Of a stretch of DNA of 64,000 nucleotides, positions 1 to 9,917 are shown piece by piece. The stretch spans positions 216,814,001 through 216,878,000 of the forward strand of contig JBNRSN020000009.1 in the NCBI GenBank assembly GCA_051313645.2, in the 5' to 3' direction. The stretch's first letter is position 1, and each line of letters starts with the position of its first letter. Position numbers and translations under genes: made by a program. The notes below the pieces were generated by a model. It worked only from the letters and a program-made list of their open reading frames with translations. It did no database searches and had not been told where the DNA came from. The stretch comes from Centroscyllium fabricii. Taxonomy: Eukaryota.

Positions 1-524
1 TTATACCCGGCAGATGACAAAGATTAGGCTTTGCCCAGGTGATACAGCCTGTAAGCTATTAGTACATAACATAGAAACATAGAAGATAGAACATTATTTA
101 TTCTCAAAAATGTAAGCAAGGTGATCATAAATGGATAATTGGTTATTCACGGCAACAGTTGCACAAGCTTGTTCGATGGAAAGTTACATTCTACGTGAGA
201 GACTGTCAATTTCCCCCCTCTGCTCCGTCTAGTTATTTCCCTTTGGTAACCATGTCACAGGATAGAACTAATGTGCAATACTCGGGAGACAACTGCAGGT
301 TCTATTTTAACTCAAAAAACGTTTTTTGCAGAAACCGTTTTCATTGCAGTTCCAAGAACACCCGAGCAGCTGCTCCCCTCACACATGCATGTGCACACGT
401 ATCTACACATTTGCACTCACATGCAACCATATACAGGAAACTCTCTTTTAACCATCACCTAAATATCCGGAAATCTCTCTTAACCGTCAAAATTCAGGAG
501 TAGGTTCAGTTAAGTTTTACTATA

Positions 525-998
525 CACGTTGAGCACCGGTAATCCGGCACTGGTGGGACCAGGCCCGTGCCGGGAAAGTGAAAAAACCGGCAGAATGAAG
601 TCGGTCAGTGCGCATGCGCGCACCATTCAAAATGGCAACATTGGAAATGGCCGCCGAACGTCCTTGCTGAGTCTCAGCTGCAGTTTGTGCCTCCTGATGA
701 CGGCCTAGAGGCTGCTCCGGGGAACCGCGCGTTTCACCATGGTGGGCGCTCGGGACTCGCACATTCAAAACGCGGCGCGAGCTGCCGCGCCCTAACACCA
801 CGGAAGGCCCGGCTCGTCCGGCGGCCGTTTTGAATGATCTGCGCATGCGCTCGCCGTTCGGCAGCGCATGCGCAGATCATTCGCCGAAGCCTCGATCGCG
901 GCTGCCATTTTGCGCATGCGCAGGGCAGTCGGGGCGATTTATACCGGACCACTGAAGTTGCCGGCGTTTCGGGTAACGGATTACCGGTGCTCAACCTG
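525..998. mobile_element. Tc1/mariner (pogo/Tigger-like) MITE
   Basis: TIRs CA(C)GTTGAGCACCGGTAATCC / GGATTACCGGTGCTCAACCTG with TA on both sides (523-524, 999-1000); CpG-rich interior; related copies at 1006, 20841, 22434, 53250. Confidence 0.85.
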
Positions 999-1005
999 TA
1001 TATTA

Positions 1006-1699
1006 CAGGTTGAATACCTTTAATCCAGCAGGGTTGGGACCAGCACCATACCGGATTGTTGAAAACACCGAATGATTGAAGCCACGGTGGCGCATGCGCA
1101 GAGCATTCAAAATGGCCACCGTGATATTTTCAATGCTCAGATCATTCAAAATGACCGCCAAAGTTTTCAACGGTCTGCGTATGCGCTCGCCGTTCGGGGA
1201 AAGCGCTGACGGGCTGGGGGAGATTCTCTGCTGCAGGTGCAGCTGTTTCTTGCCACCGTCACATCGCTTTGCATTGTAAGTTCGGAAAGATTTAAAACGC
1301 TTGGTACTTGAGTGATGACCGCGGCTCTTCCCTCAAACTCTCCCTGTCTCCCATGGCAGCCGCACCACGCGACGGAACATCCTGAGGCACAAAAAGGCAG
1401 CCAGACACGGGCGCGAACAAAATAATTCAAAATAATGTCGCTTGGGAATGGAAGGGAGCAAACTGGGCAGGACGGAGCTCCGTGCATTTCTCAACCAGCT
1501 TTTTACAGCCAGGGTGCAAAATTGGAACGTTTTTAACATTGTGTATGTTTATGGCCGCTGGAAGGTTTGAATGCAGACCATTCACCGAAGCAGCAAGTGG
1601 GACGGCCATTTTGCGCTTGCGCAGGGCAGTTGGGGAAATCGTTGCCGGACGTTCGAAGCTGCCGGTTTTTCGGGTAACGGATTAACGGTGTTCAACCTG
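1006..1699. mobile_element. Tc1/mariner (pogo/Tigger-like) MITE, related subfamily
   Basis: Begins TA|CAGGTTGAA and ends TTCAACCTG|TA; right end shares sequence with the 525-998 copy. Confidence 0.8.
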
Positions 1700-1701
1700 T
1701 A

Positions 1702-2070
1702 GTGGCTGTGTAACAGAGGTTCCTGCACCTGTGGCCGTGTAACCGTGGTTCCTGCACCTGTGGCCGTGTAACCGGGGCTCCTGCACCTGTGGCCGTGTAA
1801 CCGCGGTCCCTGCACCTGTGGCCGTGTAACCGCGGTTCCTGCACCTGTGGCCGTGTAACCGCGGTTCCTGCACCTGTGGCCGTGTAACCGCGGTTCCTGC
1901 ACCTGTGGCCGTGTAACCGCGGTTCCTGCACCTGTGGCCGTGTAACCGCGGTTCCTGCACCTGTGGCCGTGTAACCGCGGTTCCTGCACCTGTGGCCGTG
2001 TAACCGCGGTTCCTGCACCTGTGGCCGTGTAACCGGGGCTCCTGCACCTGTGGCCGTGTAACCGGGGCTC
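1702..2070. repeat. 29-bp minisatellite, ~12.7 copies (GTGGCCGTGTAACCGCGGTTCCTGCACCT)
   Basis: Direct reading of contiguous units with no spacers; explains the repetitive minus-strand ORFs. Confidence 0.95.
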
Positions 2071-3129
2071 TCGTACCTTGCTAAGTATACCTCTCTGTAA
2101 TCCGGACTTTTTGATCAACCAGCACCACGTCGATCCCGGATAAAAAGAGTTTCCTGTATACTCACTCCCCTCAGGTCATGCTGCTTTGTTCTGGGAGTCT
2201 ATCTAAAAACTGCAGTTCCTAATATCCATTGCAGACTCATTGCCAGAAACTTGTATACAAGAAACATATATACTCAGTCACCCAAACAGCAACGTTTGTT
2301 ATTTTCAAATAACACATTAATTGGTAAAATTAGAAAGAATGTGTCGATTTGCAGGAATCTTTGAACTTCATCAACATGGATGGCCATGTTCCGAGGAACA
2401 GATCATCCTCCCCAGGAAATACAGCAAGTCCCAACCCAAGCAGCTTATTGTGATGCTTAAGTTCTGGATCCCACAACCAGAGTCCTATTCATGACACATA
2501 TTTTACAGCCTCTTGTGTCTCCTCAGAGACATGGAACAAAACAATTAGACCCTGACTGAAAAGACTAGGTACAATCTAGCTCAAGTCAACTGTTGAGAGG
2601 CAAATTGAGAGTGGACAATGAGCGGGGCGAAGAGACACAGTGGGGTGGGGCACGGAGGGGGAAAGAGATCGAGAAGAGGGAATCACTTGACACTCACTTC
2701 TCCACCCTTCCTTGTATATGTGGAGGGGGAACATGATGCACTGACGATTTGCTCGACGCGGTGTCGTCACTGGAAATGTTTAATACACTGAAGGAAAAAT
2801 CTCACCAAAAAACCAATAGATTGTGTTATGTGATGTGCTTCGTGTGACATTCTTGATCATCACCTCAAACTGCTTCTACCAATGATACCAGTACTTTGCT
2901 CTAGTATTGAACCATCTCAAAATGTGCTCTCTAGATACATTCCAAGGTTAGAGGGGTCAAATCTATAACTGCATCACTGGGTGGTTTTCTTTTAGTTCAA
3001 AATTTATGTATCACCTTGTGCTGTTGAAACAGTACTTCAGAATGAAACACCTTAAGTGAAGTGACCACTGTGTGCAGCCGCTCTGCACTAGCAACACCCC
3101 ATAAACTACAACCACAAGCTGATGATTTT

Positions 3130-3210
3130 GGTGGTGGCGGAGGGAGATACAGTGGTCAAGACACTGGGAGAGCTCTCTGCTCTTCTTTGAATAGAGCCAT
3201 GAGATCTTGG
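3130..3210 (-). mobile_element. DeuSINE (SacSINE1-like) fragment, piece 1 of a SINE split by LINE insertions
   Basis: ctgctcttctttgaatagagccatgagatctt resembles the Deu core seen at 45790-45830; continues at 4246-4277 and 12566-12700. Confidence 0.6.
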
Positions 3211-3214
3211 AGTT

Positions 3215-4243
3215 GGAATTAACGGCTCTTTTTCCGAGTGGTAGGCAGTGACTAGTGGGGTACCGCAGAGATCGGTCCTTGGGCCCCAGCTATTCAAAAT
3301 ATATATTAAATGATCTAGACGAAGGAACTAGATGTAATATCTCCAAGTTTGCAGATGACACAAAGCTGGGTGGGGGCATGTGTGCTGTGAGGAGGATGCT
3401 GAGAAACTCCATGATTTGGACAGGCTAGGTGATCGGGCAGAAGCATGGCAGGAGCAGTATAATGTGGATAAATGTGAGGTTATCCACTTTGGTGGCAAAA
3501 ACAGGAAGGCAGATTATCTGAATGGCAGTAGATTGGGAGAAGGGGAAGTGCAACGAGACCTGGGTGTCCTTGTGCACCAGTCGCTGAAGGTGAGCATGCA
3601 GGTGCAGCAGGGTATGTTGGCCTTCGTAACAAGTGGGTTCGAGTACAGGAACAAAGATGTCCTGCTGCAGTTGTACAGGGCCTTGGTGAGATCAGAGTAT
3701 TGTGTGCAGTTTTGGTCACCTTATGAGGAAGGATGTTCTTGCCATGGAGGGAGTGCAGCGAAGATTCACCAGACTGATACCTGGAATGGCAGGAAGGACG
3801 TATGAGGAGAGATTGGGTCGATTGGGCTTATACTCGCTGGAGTTTAGATGAATGAGAGGGGATCTCATTGAAACTTATAAAATTCTGACAGGACTGGACA
3901 GACTAGATGCAGGAAGAATGTTCCCGATGGTCAGGGAGTCCAGAACCAGGGGTCACAGTCGAAGGATAGGGGGTAACCCATTTAGGACAGAGATGAGGAG
4001 GAATTTCTTCACCCAGAGAGCGGTGAACCTGTGGAATTCTCTATCACCGAAGGCCGTAGAGGCCAATAGATTAAATATATTCAAGAAGGAGTTAGATATA
4101 TTTCTTAAGGCTAAAGGGATCAAGGGATATGGGGAGAAAGCAGGGACAGGGTACTGAATTTCAATGATCAGCCATGATCACATTGAATGGCGGAGCAGGC
4201 TCGAGGGGCCGACTCCTGCTCCTATCTTCGATGTTTCTATGTT
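3215..4243 (+). mobile_element. CR1 LINE (HER1-like), 5'-truncated, RT C-terminus plus 3' tail
   Basis: Peptides [45 protein letters not shown]; tail atgatcagccatgatc...ctcctgctcctat...tttctatgtttc; frameshifts. Confidence 0.92.
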
Positions 4244-4599
4244 TCAACAGGCAGACAGTGTCTCGGTTTAACGTTTCTATAGGTATATAAAAAGGAAAAG
4301 ATTATTGAAAGTAAATGTGGGTCCCTTACAGACTGAGACAGGAGAAATTATATTGGGGAATAAGGAAAAGGCAAAGAAATGAAACAAATACTTTGTGTCC
4401 ATCTTCACGGAAGACGTCGCAAAAAACTTCCCGGAAATAGTGGCGAACCAAGGGTCTCATGAAAATGAGGAACTGAAAGATATTAGCATTAGTAAAAAAT
4501 ATAGTACTGGAGTAATTAATGGGACTGAAAGCCAATAAAATCCCCTGGACCCGATGGCCTACATTGTAGAGTTTTGAAAGAGGTGGCTATAGAGATAGT
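4061..4599 (+). repeat. Copy 1 of a ~540-bp direct duplication flanking the Gypsy element
   Basis: Near-identical to 9383-9917 (about 4 substitutions and one 4-nt indel by eye). Confidence 0.95.
4278..4599 (+). mobile_element. CR1 LINE fragment (target of the Gypsy insertion)
   Basis: CR1 ORF2-like sequence (aaatactttgtgtccatcttcac, ccctggacccgatggcctaca) continuing at 9598-10121 and 11282-12565. Confidence 0.85.
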
Positions 4600-4890
4600 T
4601 GTGGTAACCCTTTTATGTAACTGTTTTACCACTGTATTATTGTGCCAATAATGGGCTGTGCAGATGTAAGGCACAGCCCTGTAACCTGTGTAATACTGTT
4701 GGGAGCCAGGTCAGCCACACCTCTAACTCCTCCCCCAGGTGAGGCCCTTTATAGGTGGAAACTGACCGAGGCTCCTCATTCCTGTACAGAAGTTCGTTCC
4801 GGAGGGTAGCTCCGTTCTTAGCGATTAAAAGCCTTTAGTTTCGGTAACTACTCGTCGACTCTTTTAATCCGAGATATTGACGATACGTCA
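4600..4890 (+). repeat. 5' LTR (291 bp, TG...CA)
   Basis: TGTGGTAACCC...TACGTCA; TATA-like tttata near 4748; ATTAAA at 4824-4829; 4 visible differences from the 3' LTR. Confidence 0.93.
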
Positions 4891-4914
4891 ATTTTAATCG
4901 CTAAGTATTTTTAA

Positions 4915-7900
4915 ATGGAGAGCAGCGCAGTTAAACCTGAGAAGCTGGACATCAGTCCCCAGGACCTGGCCGCTGCTACCACGTTCGAACACTGGTTCGG
5001 CCTCCTGGAGGCCTACATGGACGCCGCCAAGGCTACATCGGACAGGAACAAACTGCAGGTCCTCCGGTCGAGGATCTCCAGCAGGGTATTCTCCCTCATC
5101 AGAAACGCCTCAACCTACACAGCGGCTGTACTACAACTACGAAAATGCTACGAGCGCCCGGTCCATTCGGTCTACGCCCGACATGTGCTTGCGACCAGAT
5201 CTCAGCTACCGGGTGAGTCCAATGAGCAGTTCGAGCAAGCGCTCCAGGCCCTGGTACGGGTCTGTGGCTGCCAAGCCAGAACAGCTGAAGAGGAGGCGAA
5301 TCTCCTCGTTCGGGACGCTTACGTTACGGGACTAAGGTGTGTGGAAGCCCGCCAGCGGCTACTGGAAAGAGACACTCTGTCCCTCGAGGAGGCGATTAAG
5401 ATAGCCAACTCAGTAGAGGGGGCCCGAAACAAGTTACAGGCGTACAGCGGCACTAACCCGCAAGCCTACGACATATGGGCCGCGCCACAACGGGCCCAGG
5501 CCTGGGCAGCACCACAACGGGCCGAGACCCCCACGATGGCTGCGACAGCCACAAAAGATAAGCGCTGCTACTTCTGCAGCCAGGGACTGCACCCAAGAGC
5601 GAGATGCCCAGCCAGGACAGCGACCTGCGAGAGATGCGCTAAGAAAGGTCATTACGCTAAAGCCTGCAGATCAGCTCCAGCAGCGCCTAACCCAAGGTAC
5701 AACAGTGCAGCCTGTGAGAGCACCGACAGACACCAGGTAAGCTGCAATAGCAGCGCGATCCAGCGACGGTCCGGGGGTAGACAACAAGCGCCCCCATCTC
5801 CCACCCCGATGCGGCAAAGGCCGGCCAAGCGCGACCCAACGCGGCCGGCTGCGTGCGAATCACGGGCACCGCCAACCCGACCACCACGGCCCTCTGCGTG
5901 CGAATCACGGGCACCGCCAACCCGATCACCGCGGTCCGCTGCGTGCGAATCACGGGCGCCGCCAGCGCGCTCACAGCGGCCCACCATGTGCGAACCCCCG
6001 GCGCCGCCATTTTGTATCCAGGGCCCCTCCATGTGCGCCGCCATTTTGTATCCAGAGCCCCGCCATGTGCGGGCCAGGGGCGCCGCCATCTTGTATCCAG
6101 GGCCCCACCATGTGCGAGCCAGGGGCGCCGCCATCTTGTGTACAGCCCCGACCAGCAAGGGCCCCACGCACACGGAAACACACGGCTGCGGCAGCCAGAA
6201 TCAGAGTGAACCAGGACAGGCCACATACCCTGTCTAACTCTATAATGACAATTAAGATTAACGACTACACTGTTAACTGCCTTTTTGACACAGGAAGCAC
6301 TGAGAGTTTCGTACACCCCGATACAGTGCAGCGCTGCGGACTGCAGGTCCGGCCCACTAACTACCAAGTCTCCCTAGCTTCACAGTCCCACACCGCGGAC
6401 GTCACCGGCTACTGCTCCGTCACGCTCACCGTCAAGGGGCGCGTGTACCATAATTTTAAATTGTATACCCTCCAGCAGTTGTGTGCCCCAGCCTTACTAG
6501 GTTTGGATTTCCAGTGCCACCTCAAGAGCGTGACAATGGAGTTCGGCGGGACCTTGCCCCCCCTCACCGTCAGTAGCCGGGACAATCCCTTCCCAAAGCG
6601 GAGCCCGGCCTGCGGCCTGTCCACCCTGAAAATCGACCGCCCCTCGCTGTTCGCCAACCTCGATCCGAAGTGCAAACCCATTGCTACTAAGAGTCGGCGG
6701 TACAGTGAGGGGGATCGCACGTTTATCAGGTCGGAGGTCGGGCGGATGCTGAAGGAGGGGATAATTGAAGCCAGCACCAGCCCCTGGCGTGCCCAAGTTG
6801 TAGTGGTGAAGTCTGGCGAGAAACAGCAGCTGGTTATCGATTACAGCCACACTATCAACCGCTACACCGGGCTCGACGCCTACCCCCTTCCCCGCATCTC
6901 AGACATGGTCAACCAGATCGCCCAGTACAAGGTGTTCTCCACGATCGACCTTAAATCGGCGTATCATCAGATCCTGATTCGGAAAGCCGACCGCCCCTAC
7001 ACCGCCTTCGAGGCGAACGGTCGGCTCTACCACTTCCTCCGGGTCCCCTTTGGCGTGACCAACGGAGTGTCAGTGTTCCAACGGGAGATGGACCGTATGG
7101 TTGACCAAAATGACTTGCAGGCCACTTTCCCTTACCTGGACAACGTGACCATCTGCGGCCACGACCAGCAGGACCACGATGCCAATCTGGCCAAATTCCT
7201 CGACAAATGTGTCTTTAATACGGACCGGCTCGCCATCCTCGGATACGTGGTGGAGAACGGGGTCCTCGGCCCCGACCCACAGCGTATGCGACCCCTGCAA
7301 GAACTGCCCCTACCTCACAACCCCAAAGCCTTGAGGAGATGCCTAGGATTTTTCTCCTATTATGCACAATGGGTCCCACAGTTCGCAGATAAGGCTAGAC
7401 CACTCCTCAAGGCTGCCGTCTTCCCCCTTTCTGTAGAAGCCCAAACGGCATTCACAAGGATAAAGGAAGATATTATCAAGGCGACCATGCTCGCTGTTGA
7501 TGAATCCATCCCTTTCCAGGTGGAGAGTGACGCTTCGGACTTTGCCCTTGCTGCCACCCTGAATCAGGCAGGCAGGCCCGTAGCGCTTTTCTCCCGCACC
7601 TTACAGGGACCCGAAACTCGCCACTCCGCAGTGGAAAAGGAGGCCCAGGCCATCGTGGAGGCAGTGCGCTACTGGCGTCATTACCTGGCCGGTAAGCGTT
7701 TTACCCTGCTCACCGACCAATGGTCGGTGGCGTTTATGTTCAATAATAAACAACGGGGTAAAATCAAGAATGATAAGATCCTGCGGTGGCGGATCGAACT
7801 CTCGACTTACGAGTATGACATTCTTTACTGACCAGGTAAACTCAATGAACCCCCGGACGCACTGTCCAGGGGAACGTGTGCCAGTGCCCAGCTAGACCGG

Positions 7901-9103
7901 CTGAAGGACCTCCACGACCGCCTTTGCCACCCGGGTGTCACCAGACTCGCCCACTTCGTTAAGTCCCGTAGCCTCCCCTACTCCATCACAGAGATCAAGG
8001 CTATGGCCCGAGAGTGCCCTGTCTGCGCCGAGTGCAAACCCCACTTTTTCCGGCCAGACACGGCGCACCTCATTAAGGCCACCCGCCCCTTTGAACGTCT
8101 CAGCGTGGACTTCAAAGGCCCCCTCCCTTCCACCGACCGCAACTCATACTTCCTCACGGTAGTGGATGAGTTCTCCCGCTTCCCCTTCGCCTTCCCCTGC
8201 GCAGATATGACGAGCGCAACGGTGATCAAACACTTCACCACGCTGTTCGCCATTTTCAGTCTCCCCAGCTACATCCATAGCGACCGGGGGTCATCGTTCA
8301 TGAGCGATGAACTGCGCCAGTTTCTGCTCCAGAAAGGGGTTGCCACGAGCAGAACGACCAGTTATAACCCCCGGGGGAACGGCCAGGTAGAAAGGGAGAA
8401 TGGGATCATTTGGAAGGCGGTCACCCTGGCTCTCAAGTCCAGAGGCCTTCCAGTGTCCCATTGGCAGGCAGTCCTCCCAGACGCGCTGCACTCTATACGC
8501 TCTCTATTATGTACTGCTACTAACGCCACCCAGCACAATCTGATTTTCTCCTTCCCCAGGAAATCGACTTCGGGGACAGCTCTTCCTCCATGGCTGACAA
8601 CTCCGGGGCCGGTTTTGCTTAGAAGACATGTCCGAAGCCACAAGACAGACCCCCTGGTGGACAAGGTACAGCTCCTACACGCAAACCCACACTATGCATT
8701 CGTGCAGTTCCCGGACGGGCGTGAGGACACCGTGTCCATCAGGGACCTGGCTCCCGCAGGAAGCACCACCGCAGAGCCCCTGGCCGGCCAGCAGGCCGCT
8801 CAGCCACTGCATCCAGAAAACCCACCAGACACACAATGGCCCCTGAGCTTCCCAGAGCCCCGGCAGTGGCCAGTACAGAACTACGACCCGGACCAGCCGG
8901 ATCCATCGCCACCAGAAGCCACGGCACCCGATCAGCGGTCACCACCGGCAGATGCGAGTGGTACGAACCAGGAGGCACCACCACCAACACCGGAACGCCG
9001 GCGGTCCTCCAGGCAGACACGACCGCCGGACAGACTGATCATGAACTGTTCGACCCATTCACCCCCCCCCCCCCCGGACTTAAAATTTTCAAGAAGGGGT
9101 GAA
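4915..9103 (+). pseudogene. gag-pol polyprotein of the Gypsy element (disrupted)
   Basis: Gag with CYFC..H..C and CERCAKKGHYAKAC; protease LFDTGS; RT LPRI, PFG, YLDN; RNaseH SDASD, EKEA; IN HHCC, DFKGP/HSDRG/QVERENG. Frameshift from a shortened linker repeat near 6030, TGA at 7829-7831 (likely CGA>TGA in YRPGK), apparent short in-frame RT deletion near 7200. Confidence 0.9.
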
Positions 9104-9383
9104 TGTGGTAACCCTTTTATGTAACTGTTTTACCACTGTATTATTGTGCCAATAACGGGCTGTGCAGATGTAAGGCACAGCCCTGTAACCTGTGTAATAC
9201 TGTTGGGAGCCAGGTCAGCCACACCTCTAACTCCTCCCCCAGGTGAGGCCCTTTATAGGTGGAAACTGACCGAGGCTCCTCATTCCTGTACAGAAGTTCG
9301 TTCCGGAGGGTAGCTCCGTTCTTCGCGATTAAAAGCCTTTCGTTTCGGTAACTACTCGCCGACTCTTTTAATCCGAGATATTG
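9104..9383 (+). repeat. 3' LTR, lacking the terminal 11 nt
   Basis: Matches the 5' LTR up to ccgagatattg; terminal acgatacgtca absent. Confidence 0.93.
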
Positions 9384-9917
9384 GCCAATAGATTAAATAT
9401 ATTCAAGAAGGAGTTAGATATATTTCTTAAGGCTAAAGGGATCAAGGGATATGGGGAGAAAGCAGGAACAGGGTACTGAATTTCGATGATCAGCCATGAT
9501 CACATTGAATGGCGGAGCAGGCTCGAGGGGCCGACTCCTGCTCCTATCTTCGATGTTTCTATGTTTCAACAGGCAGTGTCTCGGTTTAACGTTTCTATAG
9601 GTATATAAAAAGGAAAAGATTATTGAAAGTAAATGTGGGTCCCTTACAGACTGAGACAGGAGAAATTATATTGGGGAATAAGGAAAAGGCAAAGAAATGA
9701 AACAAATACTTTGTGTCCATCTTCACGGAAGACGTCGCAAAAAACTTCCCGGAAATAGTGGCGAACCAAGGGTCTCATGAAAATGAGGAACTGAAAGATA
9801 TTAGCATTAGTAAAAAATATAGTACTGGAGTAATTAATGGGACTGAAAGCCAATAAAATCCCCTGGACCTGATGGCCTACATTCTAGAGTTTTGAAAGAG
9901 GTGGCTATAGAGATAGT
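9383..9917 (+). repeat. Copy 2 of the ~540-bp flanking duplication
   Basis: ggccaatagattaaat...gagatagt repeats 4061-4599, after which the CR1 continues (ggatgcattgg). Confidence 0.95.

Larger units (their letters stand above)
4600..9383 (+). mobile_element. Ty3/Gypsy LTR retrotransposon, Mag-like, near full length, defective
   Basis: LTRs 4600-4890 and 9104-9383; order gag(2 zinc knuckles)-PR-RT-RNaseH-IN; PPT aagaaggggtgaa at 9091-9103. Confidence 0.95.

Noticed and set aside
1582-2118. Repetitive ORFs and a CRISPR-like 29-bp periodicity
   Set aside because: Contiguous tandem units with no unique spacers and no cas genes; eukaryotic context
4915-9124. Active or domesticated gag-pol gene
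   Set aside because: Frameshift, premature TGA and an apparent RT deletion; both LTRs still present
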